The notes: generated by a model not told the origin, from the letters alone. Positions 1-9,193 are shown, counted from the first letter of the stretch. The stretch: DNA of 64,000 nt from an uncultured Candidatus Saccharibacteria bacterium (GCA_946646285.1 CAMPCN010000001.1:64233-128232); one strand, 5' to 3'. Numbers and translations: made by a program.

Positions 1-789
1 GTTTATTTCTGTCACGGCCTTGTCGTAGGTGGCGCGATCGATGCGAGTAATTGTTTGGCCCTTGGCGCGGCTGAATGATTTGAAAAAATTCTTTGTTTGG
101 GTTACGGCTTTTTCGGCTTCGGATGAAGTGTAGTATGGAATTACAATAAAGAAAGATTTATCCATAATGTTTGCTTCTTGAGACAACTCGTCGATAAAAC
201 CAATATAATCATCCATAAGAATGCCGAGGAGCATATTATCGTTGTCGCGACGGAGTTCGGTTAAGCGATCCAGATAAGGTCCAATATCGACGCGTTGAGA
301 ACGAATAAGGATTTGAATGGTAAAATTCAAGGAGTTTAAGAAGTTTTGATAAGAATATTCAACCGCTTCACGCTCAGTCTCAGACATGAGATCAAAGTTA
401 ATAGATTTACAGGCAACCACAGCCCTAAAGGAACCATCTTTCATAATTACCATTGAGTCGCGTAATTCGGAAATAATTAATGATGCTTGAGTGGAAGTGG
501 GGTTTTCTTTTTGTGTGGTATCGCCGTTGGGGGCTTGTTGTTGTGGAATAGCGGTAGGCTGACCTGCAACTGGTTGACCAGTGACTGGCTGACCCGCGAC
601 TGGCTGACTTGCAATTGGCTGGCCAGCAACCGGTTGACCCGTGACTGGTTGACTTACGATTGGCTGGTCTGCAACTGGTTGGCCCGTGACTGGCTGGTTT
701 ATGATAGGTTGGCCAATAGGTGGCTGAGGAATACCGTTCATAGGTTGTGGGTTTTGCATTGGTAGTGGCTGTGGTTGATTTGGTTGCAC
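1..789 (-). CDS. VirB4/TrbE-like type IV secretion ATPase, N-terminal 263 codons (gene runs off the left edge)
   Basis: Absent from the ORF track because there is no stop in the window. The minus frame is open from GTG at 789-787 (AAGGAG 5 nt upstream) to base 1. A Gln/Pro pentapeptide array is followed by LIISELRDSMVIMKDGSFRAVVACKSINFDLMSETEREAVEYSYQNFLNSLNFTIQILIRSQRVD, which I recognise as the N-domain pattern of Gram-positive-type VirB4 (PrgJ/TrsE). It lies directly downstream of a PrgI-like gene. Confidence 0.55.
   Translation of the reverse strand, partial: MQPNQPQPLPMQNPQPMNGIPQPPIGQPIINQPVTGQPVADQPIVSQPVTGQPVAGQPIASQPVAGQPVTGQPVAGQPTAIPQQQAPNGDTTQKENPTSTQASLIISELRDSMVIMKDGSFRAVVACKSINFDLMSETEREAVEYSYQNFLNSLNFTIQILIRSQRVDIGPYLDRLTELRRDNDNMLLGILMDDYIGFIDELSQEANIMDKSFFIVIPYYTSSEAEKAVTQTKNFFKSFSRAKGQTITRIDRATYDKAVTEIN
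553..720. repeat. 15-bp tandem repeat encoding QPV(T/A)G-type pentapeptides at the N-terminus of the VirB4-like ORF
   Basis: About 10 imperfect copies of gactggctgacccgc-like units. On the minus strand they read GQPVTGQPVADQPIVSQPVTGQPVAGQPIASQPVAGQPVTGQPVAGQP. Confidence 0.85.
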
Positions 790-798
790 GTTAACTCC

Positions 799-1863
799 TT
801 AATGTAGTGAAATATAAACTTCGTCGTCTTTCTTTTCTTTAATACGTTTCGCTTGTTGGGCGATGGTTTCAATGGAGAAGTCTGAGTTGTTGGCGAGATC
901 AATCATATTTTGGTCGGTTTGTTCGGTGACTTCTTTTATTTCTGTCTGACGCTTTTCTTCGGCCTCTTCCTGCTGGATTCTTTCTTGCTCTGCTCTTTCG
1001 GCTTCGATTTCAGCAACCATTGAATCTGGCTTTATGATAGTGTCGTTGTACTTTACGGCTTCATCACTTAGTGGATTACTTGGGACGATTGGTTTCGGTG
1101 CTGAAATTGACGGGTTATTTATGACGGGGTTATCTGGCAATGCAGGCGGTTGAGGCATTGGATATGCCTGAGGCTGTTGCATTGTTTGTGGCTGCGTAGT
1201 CTGTTGTAGTATTTGTTGATTGAGCTGGCCGTTATGATTAGTGATGGTCGTGTTTTGGTTGTGGGCATTATTTTCAATAGCTGCGCGCATTTGACTAATA
1301 GCTAGATCATGGCGTGCCGATGCTCCATCTGTGAGAGTTTGATTGATTAGATTGTTGCTGGCGGTTGTATTCTCGAACATGTCGGGAGTATCGTGAGCTT
1401 CGGCGTAGACTTCTTCTTTTACGCCAGAATTAAGAGTTGTGCCTTTAATAGCGTAACCCTCAGTATCGATAATGTCGGCGAGAAATGAAAGGCGGTGGAG
1501 AGCTTCTTCTTGGTCGATATTTTTAGTGCGGACTTTTTCGGTTTTCTTTGGGGCGGTAATTTTAATAGTCGTCTCTGGCTCGCCTGGCTCCCATGTGCGA
1601 ATATGTGGCTTGAGATAAAAAGATACAACAGCGGACAGATAGGTTTCCATCGGCTGATCTTTCTTTAATGGTAAAGCGAGCGCGCCAAGTAGGATGATTG
1701 GCGGTATTAAGATGACAATAAAAGGTGGAAAAACCTGCCATAATAAAACACCCAAGCCAATAAGACCACCTATAATCATAAGGTAGACGAATTGACGAAA
1801 ACTAAAAGGCCCGAGGAGTTTATCATCGGCCTCTACATCTTGGGGGACCTTATACTGAGCCAT
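799..1863 (-). CDS. PrgI/VirB3-like T4SS membrane protein with a long Q/P-rich and E-rich C-terminal extension
   Basis: The N-terminus AQYKVPQDVEADDKLLGPFSFRQFVYLMIIGGL plus two TM helices and LPLKKDQPMETYL matches the PrgI-family pattern. At 354 aa it is about three times the usual length. Its stop overlaps the SD of the VirB4-like gene. Confidence 0.6.
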   Translation of the reverse strand: MAQYKVPQDVEADDKLLGPFSFRQFVYLMIIGGLIGLGVLLWQVFPPFIVILIPPIILLGALALPLKKDQPMETYLSAVVSFYLKPHIRTWEPGEPETTIKITAPKKTEKVRTKNIDQEEALHRLSFLADIIDTEGYAIKGTTLNSGVKEEVYAEAHDTPDMFENTTASNNLINQTLTDGASARHDLAISQMRAAIENNAHNQNTTITNHNGQLNQQILQQTTQPQTMQQPQAYPMPQPPALPDNPVINNPSISAPKPIVPSNPLSDEAVKYNDTIIKPDSMVAEIEAERAEQERIQQEEAEEKRQTEIKEVTEQTDQNMIDLANNSDFSIETIAQQAKRIKEKKDDEVYISLH

Positions 1864-1869
1864 ACTTAT

Positions 1870-1878
1870 ATTTTAGCA
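1870..1878 (-). promoter_or_regulatory. Extended -10 (TGcTAAAAT) 6 nt upstream of the PrgI-like ATG; leaderless candidate
   Basis: The minus strand reads TGCTAAAAT-ataagt-ATG, with no SD between. Confidence 0.45.
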
Positions 1879-1923
1879 TAATCATTAATTTTTATGGTCA
1901 GTGTAGAAGCATTTTGTAGAGTT

Positions 1924-4731
1924 TTAATCAAGATTTATGCCGAACATTTCGCGAACTTCTTTATTCATGGAGTTGCGTTGGTTAATGGCACTATTCTGAT
2001 TTAGTGCAGCGCGCTGTCTGTCGAATGCGTTATAAAGTTGAGTACTGACACGTACGATGTTTCCGTTTACGTTTCTTTCTATATATTGGTCAGGATGAAT
2101 TTCCAGCAGGGCGCCATTCATGTCTTTTAGGGTGGAACTCTTAGAGCTGACGAGCTGGCTAGCAACCATATTGTTGACGTAGCTCATAATTTGATTCTCA
2201 ATCATGCCTTGGTGAGCATAGAACCAAGCATCCTGTCTTTGATGATTCTTGAACTTACTCATATCAAAGCCACCAGTGAGAAGCGTATTGAGTGTGCCGA
2301 GTTGCTCACCATCCATGAGCCCAGATACGGCGGCGGAGCGAATGTATTTTTCTGGAATTAGGAGTGGGTACTCTTCCCCGTTAGCACCTGTTTGGATTGG
2401 GATAGTGCCATCTTTGATTAACTCGAACATTTCCTTGAATACTGTGCGATCCTGGGAAGCGACTGCTGACCAGCCATTGAGATCGCTAAAGATTTGCTGA
2501 AGCGAGGCTTTTTTAAGCTTATTACTTACAGCAGTGCCATCGTTCGGCATGTTGCCACCAGAAAGAAATGTCTTCATGTCGATGTAAGATTCGATATTAT
2601 TTTCTGGATGGTTAGGGTCGTTGCCATCGCTCATAGCGCGACGAATCATATTAGCTTTTGACCATGCCCAGAGGTATAAGTTTTCTTTCTTGAGGCCTAA
2701 GCCAGTGTCTGCGATAGCTTTTTGCATGGCGAAATCGTTAGATATTTGGTTGGAATTATCAACTAGAGTGCGGATAAGGTCGCCGTGGTCGCCGCGCTTT
2801 GCCATGATAGTTATAGCAGCCGAAGCAGAGTTGTAGTCTTTAGTGTTAAGTGCCTCGATAAACTGTTTCTTGACATAGCCGCCAGCTGGTGAATCGTCAT
2901 AGAGTTCTAGATAATTACTCTTCATCTCGGAGTCGACGCGGCGTTTTTGTGAAATAGCATCAGCAAGAACATCGTTAACTGCGCGTTTGACAGCCAATTC
3001 TTCTGCGCTGCCGGCAACTGGGGAATTATTTTGACGAAAAGCGGCAGTAACTTGATTGTGTATATGATTGTTGACTCGTTGATTTTCATCGCTAAGAGCA
3101 TCGCGTATACGCTTGGCGCGATTTTCCATATTGTTTCGTGCTACGCTGTGTTGGCGCGTTTTTACAATGTGATCATCAATAATAGCATCTTCAAAGGTGC
3201 GGTTGGCGTTGGCAATTCGTGCATTGCGCATATGGCGAACGATCGGGAGTCCGGTTGCTGAGCCATTATCGAAACCTTCATCTATATCAGTTTCAAATTG
3301 AGTACGGGCAATTTGGTTTTGCATTTTACGTGCCTGCATATCCAAGTAGCGAGCGCCGCGTCCGTTTAGTCGTTTACGATCGCGTCCGCTAATCATGCTA
3401 GTAGCAGCTCTCGTCATATAGGTATCTCTATTGTTAGCCGTAGTCTGTTGGAGATCGAATTCGCGATTAGTGCGACGCTGTTCCAACCAACGAGCTAAGC
3501 GGTTGTGTGGAAGTCTATTTGTGCTATTGAGCTGACGTGCGCGGGCGAGTGCTTGCCCTTCAGCGGCACGGCGACGCAATAAGCCAGTGGCAGGATCAGT
3601 AGTGCGGCGGATAAAGTTGCCGATACCGCCAAGGACGGTGCCAGCCATGAGCATGAGTGGTATAGACATAAATAATGGTAGGACTTGGATTGCGATGCCA
3701 AGAACGACACCGAGCCAACTAGTAGCGGAAGTGATTGTTATGAAACCAGCGAGTTGTGCCGCGCCGTATAATACACTAAACATTGGATAAAAGATAATCA
3801 TGCGAGTAAATAATTGATACCAAGTACGGAACCATTTCTCAGTATTTGGGAGAAGGTAACAGACGAAGGCGAATGGTGAAACCATGACAAGTAAGAATAT
3901 GAGTGCTTGGCGAGCGGCCATAGTAATAATAGCTGAGATTACGGCAATTGCGCCTGATAAGATAATAGGAATTAAGAGCCATATAATACCAGTAATGCCT
4001 CCGGCAAAAGTTAGAGCGACCGCGCCGCTCACTGCTCCAATACCTAAGAGGGTGGCAACTATACTGGCGACGGAGGTATTGGCGGCGATTTGGCTAATTG
4101 TGCCCTTTTGGATCGCCTGCTCTTGAATATTCTCGAAGATATTGCGCAAAGATATACCAAAGATATTACTGAGATCTACGGCTACTGTACAGATGGTGTA
4201 ACTAAGATTAATTAAGATTGCGGCAATAACTAAACGCGGTAGCATACGTTTGATACCATAGTTGTTTATGCCGACACCGGTAAGTTGCGAGAAGATGATT
4301 GCCAAGAAGAAAAGCACGAAAATAAGATTGGTGATATTGCGAATATAATCCCAAACGACATGGATTGGCGAGGTTGGATCGTTTGGTATAGGGTCTACTA
4401 ATAATAGGTTATCGAGAACGCCGTATGCTCCGTCAATAATATTAGCTAGAAGTCCAGTACCCGGACAGACTAGCCAGCCGATACCGCCAACTTGATCGTA
4501 GCAGGTTGGATTGTCGGTGGTCTGTTCTGCCGCCGTGGTGCCATTGGTGGCTTCGTCGGTATTCTCTTCTGTGTTTTCGTCGTCTGTAGTGTCTGCGGGA
4601 GTTGTAGTGGAAGTATCTGGGTTTGTAGTGGCCGGATCTGTAGCGGTTGCAAAAACAGGACTACTTATAAGGCTAATGCTCAAAGCAGTAATTAATAGAG
4701 ATAAGGCTATTCTTTTTAACCACCTACCCAT
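1924..4731 (-). CDS. VirB6/TrbL-like polytopic membrane protein with signal peptide, T/D/E-rich linker and ~500-aa soluble C-terminal domain
   Basis: This 935-aa ORF has an N-terminal signal-like helix and a low-complexity TTNPDTSTTTPADTTDDENTEENTDE segment. Roughly 8 hydrophobic helices span aa 130-400. It sits upstream of the PrgI- and VirB4-like genes. Confidence 0.45.
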   Translation of the reverse strand: MGRWLKRIALSLLITALSISLISSPVFATATDPATTNPDTSTTTPADTTDDENTEENTDEATNGTTAAEQTTDNPTCYDQVGGIGWLVCPGTGLLANIIDGAYGVLDNLLLVDPIPNDPTSPIHVVWDYIRNITNLIFVLFFLAIIFSQLTGVGINNYGIKRMLPRLVIAAILINLSYTICTVAVDLSNIFGISLRNIFENIQEQAIQKGTISQIAANTSVASIVATLLGIGAVSGAVALTFAGGITGIIWLLIPIILSGAIAVISAIITMAARQALIFLLVMVSPFAFVCYLLPNTEKWFRTWYQLFTRMIIFYPMFSVLYGAAQLAGFITITSATSWLGVVLGIAIQVLPLFMSIPLMLMAGTVLGGIGNFIRRTTDPATGLLRRRAAEGQALARARQLNSTNRLPHNRLARWLEQRRTNREFDLQQTTANNRDTYMTRAATSMISGRDRKRLNGRGARYLDMQARKMQNQIARTQFETDIDEGFDNGSATGLPIVRHMRNARIANANRTFEDAIIDDHIVKTRQHSVARNNMENRAKRIRDALSDENQRVNNHIHNQVTAAFRQNNSPVAGSAEELAVKRAVNDVLADAISQKRRVDSEMKSNYLELYDDSPAGGYVKKQFIEALNTKDYNSASAAITIMAKRGDHGDLIRTLVDNSNQISNDFAMQKAIADTGLGLKKENLYLWAWSKANMIRRAMSDGNDPNHPENNIESYIDMKTFLSGGNMPNDGTAVSNKLKKASLQQIFSDLNGWSAVASQDRTVFKEMFELIKDGTIPIQTGANGEEYPLLIPEKYIRSAAVSGLMDGEQLGTLNTLLTGGFDMSKFKNHQRQDAWFYAHQGMIENQIMSYVNNMVASQLVSSKSSTLKDMNGALLEIHPDQYIERNVNGNIVRVSTQLYNAFDRQRAALNQNSAINQRNSMNKEVREMFGINLD

Positions 4732-4843
4732 AGCTATTTAATTATATCACACATAAGCTTTTTAGTCAAGTATTATGCTGTCTATTAAGTTAGAAATCCA
4801 ATTATACACTACCCCATAATTAATTGCGAATGCTTATGTTATA

Positions 4844-5359
4844 ATGTGTGTATATAATTATATGTTTGGATTAATGAAAGCTAAACAAAAGAGTTCGGTT
4901 GTAAGAGTTGGGTTATTATTGGTAGCCTTATTAGCCAGCGTCTTTTTTGTTGGAGGTACGGCTTGGGCGGATAGTGGTGAATACTTTGGCTTTTTAGATA
5001 TAAAGATTGCTCCAGATAATAATAAAAAATGCGCAACTGTCTTGAGCTTTTGGTGTGACGATGCGGAAAATGATGGCGAAGCTACTATAAAAGATATTAT
5101 TATTTTCGCTATATCGATTCTATCTGTAGGTATTGGGTTATTGGCGACAATTGGTTTTATAATTTGCGGCTATATGATTATGACGGCAAAGGGGAATGAT
5201 GGGCAAGTTGCTCTAGCGAAAAAACGTATGGTAGAGATAGTAATAGGTATCGTATTGTGGGCGGCGGGCGCTTTGCTGCTTGTCTTATTTATTCCAGATG
5301 AAGAAACCCCTGGTTATGTAAATAGCGGTGCTATTATAAAAATTAAGGAGATAAAATGA
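4844..5359 (+). CDS. T4SS pilin-like (VirB2/TrbC-type) paralogue 1
   Basis: It has a signal/TM region, a Cys pair (KCATVLSFWCDD), then LLATIGFIICGYMIMTAKGNDGQVALAKKRMVEIVIGIVLWAAGALLLV. The start is uncertain; ATG 4874 (MKAKQK...) is plausible because -10-like boxes overlap 4840-4858. Confidence 0.6.
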   Translation: MCVYNYMFGLMKAKQKSSVVRVGLLLVALLASVFFVGGTAWADSGEYFGFLDIKIAPDNNKKCATVLSFWCDDAENDGEATIKDIIIFAISILSVGIGLLATIGFIICGYMIMTAKGNDGQVALAKKRMVEIVIGIVLWAAGALLLVLFIPDEETPGYVNSGAIIKIKEIK

Positions 5360-6084
5360 AGAAAAAGTTACTGATATTGCTGATGGGATTGAGCATGGTT
5401 TTTGCTCAGTTGCTAGTTGCTCCTATCGCGATTGCTGAGGGGGGTAATGCTGGTGGTAATAGTGGTGGCGATAGTGGTAATAATTCTGGCGGTACGGGTT
5501 TTGGAAATGCGACATGCCCAAAAACGCATTTTATGGGGTTGCGCGCTTGGTACGATGGCGAGCTTCTAAATAATGTAGTTTGTGGAGGTGAGCAACCGGC
5601 GAACGAGGGTGAAATTCGTCAGCTTGTCTGGATGATTGTATTAAATATTGCGACGATGGTGCTCCAGATTGCAGGCTATGTTTGTGTTGGCTTTGTGATA
5701 TGGGGTGGTTATCAGTATATGTTGGCGCGAGGTGATAGCGGAAAGGTTGCTAATGGTAAGAAAACGATTACTAATGCTTTGATTGGCATTGTAATCTGCG
5801 TGACGGCTTCATTGATATCTGGGGCAATTGTAGATATTGCTTCAGGTGCAGCAAACGATGCGAACTTCTTTGCGGAAATATTTAATCACGCATTTATGTG
5901 GGCTGGTATTGTCTGTGCGGTAGTGATGGTGATTGGCGGTATTTCGTATGTAACGAGTGTCGGCGACTCTGGAAAAGTGCAAAAAGCAAAAAACACAATT
6001 ATGTACGCGGCGATTGGTCTTGTTATTACCCTGCTCGCGGCGGCGATTGTTAATTTGGTTGTATCAGCCGTTAATGGTGGCTAG
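5356..6084 (+). CDS. T4SS pilin-like paralogue 2, tandem double pilin module
   Basis: Two copies of the module are present. The first is VGFVIWGGYQYMLARGDSGKVANGKKTITNALIGIVICV and the second is VMVIGGISYVTSVGDSGKVQKAKNTIMYAAIGLVITLLAAAIVNLV. The start forms an ATGA overlap with the upstream gene. Confidence 0.7.
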   Translation: MKKKLLILLMGLSMVFAQLLVAPIAIAEGGNAGGNSGGDSGNNSGGTGFGNATCPKTHFMGLRAWYDGELLNNVVCGGEQPANEGEIRQLVWMIVLNIATMVLQIAGYVCVGFVIWGGYQYMLARGDSGKVANGKKTITNALIGIVICVTASLISGAIVDIASGAANDANFFAEIFNHAFMWAGIVCAVVMVIGGISYVTSVGDSGKVQKAKNTIMYAAIGLVITLLAAAIVNLVVSAVNGG

Positions 6085-6089
6085 AGGTA

Positions 6090-7757
6090 ATGATGAAGAA
6101 AATAATTATCGTTTTTGCCGTTATTGTATTGTCGATAATATCTTGTCTGGGTATTAAAAATGTGACTTTTGCGCATCAGTCCGCTTGTGGCGTGGCTGGA
6201 TTTAATGATCCGTTAGTCTGTGGTTACGGAAAAGGGGCAAATGAGGTTGCCCTGGAAAATAGAATAAGAAATATTTTAAATACCGTATATCTTTGGATTG
6301 GTATTATTGCCGTCATTGTAATAGTGATAGGCGGGATATTTTACATGATTTCGGCTGGTGATACGAATAAAATAGCGGGTGCAAAAAATGCTATCATGTA
6401 TGCCATTATCGGATTAGTGGTGGCTTTGGCGGCGTTTGCTATTACGAATTTGGTAATAGGTGCACTTGATGGGCAAGCCCCAGCTGGCGGAGGGGGCGGG
6501 TCTGGCCAGAATACCGTTCCGGCTACTCCGCGACCGTCAACTGAGGAGCAATGGCAAATTAGCGCGGTTAGTTTGTCGAAGCGAACTATAGTAATGGATA
6601 TTGGCGATACAGAAACGATAAAAGCAGAAGTTTATCCGAAAAACGCGGTGGATACTTCTATAACATGGTCGTCGGATAATGGAAAAGTGGCAACCGTTGA
6701 TCAAAGTGGCAAAATTGTGGCAAAAAGTAGTGGTAAAGCGACTATTTCGGCAACCAGCAGAAACGGCGTCGCCGATAAGGCCATAGTAACCGTAAATGAT
6801 CCGGCAAAAAAGGAAGAATCTGGAACAGGAACTCCTAGTACCCCGTCGACACCGAGTACGCCTAGTAACCCTAGTGGCTCTACGAAAGTAACACTAACTG
6901 TGGGTTCTACGTCAATTCTAGATGAGCATACAACTACGGCAAAGGTTACTGGCAATAAAGGTGTTGTAAGATGGTCGTCAAGTAATAGTGCGGTAATGAC
7001 GGTAAACTCTAATGGCGTAGTTACAGGCAAAAAGCCTGGGACTGCTACTTTGACGGCTAAGACTTTAGATGCAAAGAGCAACAGTGTCACGCTAACCAAG
7101 AGTATTACAGTGCGGGAAATAAAGATACTATGGGTTGGGAATAGTAAGACTTACGTGGAAGATATTGATAAGAAAGCGGCTGAAATGCTGAAGGGACGTG
7201 GCTATAGCGTTAATACGACAAGAGTAACTAAAGGCGGAAAATCTTTGAAGTGGAATTATACGAATCAAGGAACGAATATTAAGAAATACTACGACTACGT
7301 CGTTTTACAGGAGCGGACTGGATCTGCTAAAAGTGAGAGCCAATTTTACGACGGGGCTCTTGCAATAGCTAAGGCAGTAAAGGCAAAAAATAGCGACGTA
7401 AGAGTATACGTACGTAAAGTTTGGTACTTAAGGGATTCTAGTACCAGCACTAGAGATACTGTAAATAAAATAGCAACAAATGTAGCTCGTAAAATTGCCT
7501 TAAACGCTGGAGTTTTTTCGGATACGACTGATGATGGTGATGCTCTATATAAACTTAAAGCGAGTGGGCGTAAAGCTTTTAAGGATGATCGGCATCAGAG
7601 TAAAATGGGAGCCTACACGGCAGCAGCCTGTATTGTTTCGAAAATGTTTAAAATCGATCCGACGACTATTACATATATTCCTGGAAGCTTCTCTTCGTCT
7701 GAGAAAAACTCTTTAAGCGCATTGAAGTCAATAGCCAAGCAGGAATGTTATAATTAA
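6090..7757 (+). CDS. Pilin module - Gly linker - 2x Big_2 Ig-like - SGNH/GDSL-like esterase fusion protein
   Basis: The N-terminal pilin module is VIVIGGIFYMISAGDTNKIAGAKNAIMYAIIGLVVALAAFAITNLV. Two Big_2-like repeats follow (ITWSSDNGKVATVDQSGKIVAKSSGKATISA and VRWSSSNSAVMTVNSNGVVTGKKPGTATLTA). The C-terminal domain carries ILWVGNSKTY (block I Ser) and KDDRHQSKMGAY (DxxH). Confidence 0.7.
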   Translation: MMKKIIIVFAVIVLSIISCLGIKNVTFAHQSACGVAGFNDPLVCGYGKGANEVALENRIRNILNTVYLWIGIIAVIVIVIGGIFYMISAGDTNKIAGAKNAIMYAIIGLVVALAAFAITNLVIGALDGQAPAGGGGGSGQNTVPATPRPSTEEQWQISAVSLSKRTIVMDIGDTETIKAEVYPKNAVDTSITWSSDNGKVATVDQSGKIVAKSSGKATISATSRNGVADKAIVTVNDPAKKEESGTGTPSTPSTPSTPSNPSGSTKVTLTVGSTSILDEHTTTAKVTGNKGVVRWSSSNSAVMTVNSNGVVTGKKPGTATLTAKTLDAKSNSVTLTKSITVREIKILWVGNSKTYVEDIDKKAAEMLKGRGYSVNTTRVTKGGKSLKWNYTNQGTNIKKYYDYVVLQERTGSAKSESQFYDGALAIAKAVKAKNSDVRVYVRKVWYLRDSSTSTRDTVNKIATNVARKIALNAGVFSDTTDDGDALYKLKASGRKAFKDDRHQSKMGAYTAAACIVSKMFKIDPTTITYIPGSFSSSEKNSLSALKSIAKQECYN

Positions 7758-7768
7758 TTAAAGAGGTA

Positions 7769-8077
7769 ATGATGGATAAGATATTTTTTCTAATAACAGG
7801 CAACGCTCCTACCGACCCATCCAAACAAGTGACGCAGGTTGACGGTGGTGGCACAAACTTACAAACTACGGTTAATAATGTATTGTCAGTAGTATTTACG
7901 TTGGTGGGCGTAATCGCAGTTATTGTAATTATTATTGGTGGTGTTTATTACATTACATCGAACGGTGATGCTGAAAAAATAAAGAAAGGTAAAAATACTA
8001 TAATGTACGGTATTATTGGCCTGATTGTTACTCTTTTAGCATTCGCTATTGTGTCGTTTGTGCTTAATTCGTTCTAA
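7769..8077 (+). CDS. T4SS pilin-like paralogue 4 (minimal, 102 aa)
   Basis: VIVIIIGGVYYITSNGDAEKIKKGKNTIMYGIIGLIVTLLAFAIVSFVLNSF. Confidence 0.75.
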   Translation: MMDKIFFLITGNAPTDPSKQVTQVDGGGTNLQTTVNNVLSVVFTLVGVIAVIVIIIGGVYYITSNGDAEKIKKGKNTIMYGIIGLIVTLLAFAIVSFVLNSF

Positions 8078-8154
8078 ATTTATTTACAAATAAGCATAGT
8101 GGTGTGATAAAATTAAACTAAAGTTTTTTCGTTATTAATAAAGGAGAAATACGA

Positions 8155-8640
8155 ATGAAAACAATTAATAAAATAATAAAGGTGGCGGTCTTGGCGATCT
8201 TTAGCGTCGTATTGCTCGGTGGTCCAATTTTCGCTATAGACGAATGTATAGGTGAGGGTAAGAAATATCCAAATCTGTCTACTAGCGAGGGTATATATTG
8301 TCAACGCATTAAGGTTGGCGATGAATATGTTTCCATCTATGGCAAGACATCGGCTGATTGTGCACAGGCTGGTACGTTAGCGTCTGATCCGGATAGCTGT
8401 AATGGTGACGACCTTAATGACATGGTTAAAGTAATAATTAATACTATCATCTTTGTTGTGGGTATGGTTGCTGTTATTATGGTGATTCTTGGTGGCGTTA
8501 GCTATGCTACTTCCCAAGGTGACACTACGAAGGTTAAGAAAGGTAAAGACACGATTCTTTATGGTATTATCGGTCTCGTAATCGCCATTTTGGCTTACGC
8601 TATTGTTAACTTCATACTTGCCGCTCTTACTAACGGTTAA
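8155..8640 (+). CDS. T4SS pilin-like paralogue 5 (4-Cys variable ectodomain)
   Basis: Signal peptide and Cys-containing variable region, then VIMVILGGVSYATSQGDTTKVKKGKDTILYGIIGLVIAILAYAIVNFILA. GGAGAAATACGA precedes the ATG. Confidence 0.75.
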   Translation: MKTINKIIKVAVLAIFSVVLLGGPIFAIDECIGEGKKYPNLSTSEGIYCQRIKVGDEYVSIYGKTSADCAQAGTLASDPDSCNGDDLNDMVKVIINTIIFVVGMVAVIMVILGGVSYATSQGDTTKVKKGKDTILYGIIGLVIAILAYAIVNFILAALTNG

Positions 8641-8663
8641 TATACGAAAAAACAACTTCTCTT

Positions 8664-8693
8664 AAAGCACCTCTTCTAGGGGGTGCTTTTTTT
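8664..8693 (+). terminator. Rho-independent terminator
   Basis: AAAGCACC / GGTGCTTT stem followed by a T-run. Confidence 0.7.
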
Positions 8694-8740
8694 GGGTAGT
8701 TTATGTTATTATGATTTATAGATAAGGAGATTATTACATA

Positions 8741-9175
8741 ATGAGCAAAACAAAGGAAATCGCGAAAGAGGCAGGTGCAGCTTTGACTATCGCGGCGTTG
8801 ACTATTTCTACGCAAGGCGTTAGTGTATTTGCTGGCGGTAATACTGCTGGCGGTTCTGATGGCGGTGGAGGCAATGGGGGGGCTGGCTCAGCGGGCGAGA
8901 ATGCGCGTGCTGGTGTTTCCAATGTAAACCCAGGTGCAAATACGGACTTAATGTCAATGATCCAGACGATTTTGAATGTCGTTTTTGGTATCATCGGTAT
9001 TGTTGCGGTAATTATGATTATAATTGGCGGCGTAAATTACACTACGTCGCAGGGCGATAGCGCTAAGTTGCAAAAAGCGAAAAATACAATTATGTACGGT
9101 ATCATCGGTTTAGTGGTTGTATTGCTCTCATTTGCAATAGTGAGCTTTGTTCTAAACGGTCTTATTGGTGGATAG
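8741..9175 (+). CDS. T4SS pilin-like paralogue 6 (Gly-rich variable region)
   Basis: GGNTAGGSDGGGGNGGAGSAGE region, then VIMIIIGGVNYTTSQGDSAKLQKAKNTIMYGIIGLVVVLLSFAIVSFVLN. AAGGAG lies upstream. Confidence 0.75.
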   Translation: MSKTKEIAKEAGAALTIAALTISTQGVSVFAGGNTAGGSDGGGGNGGAGSAGENARAGVSNVNPGANTDLMSMIQTILNVVFGIIGIVAVIMIIIGGVNYTTSQGDSAKLQKAKNTIMYGIIGLVVVLLSFAIVSFVLNGLIGG

Positions 9176-9193
9176 AGGGTAACTCGAGTAACT

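Noticed and set aside
487-765. 92-aa plus-strand ORF with a striking CNWLTSDWLT-type periodic sequence
   Set aside because: It is the antisense reading of the 15-bp QPVxG repeat at the N-terminus of the minus-strand VirB4-like ORF, which has an SD, a start and a recognisable conserved domain.
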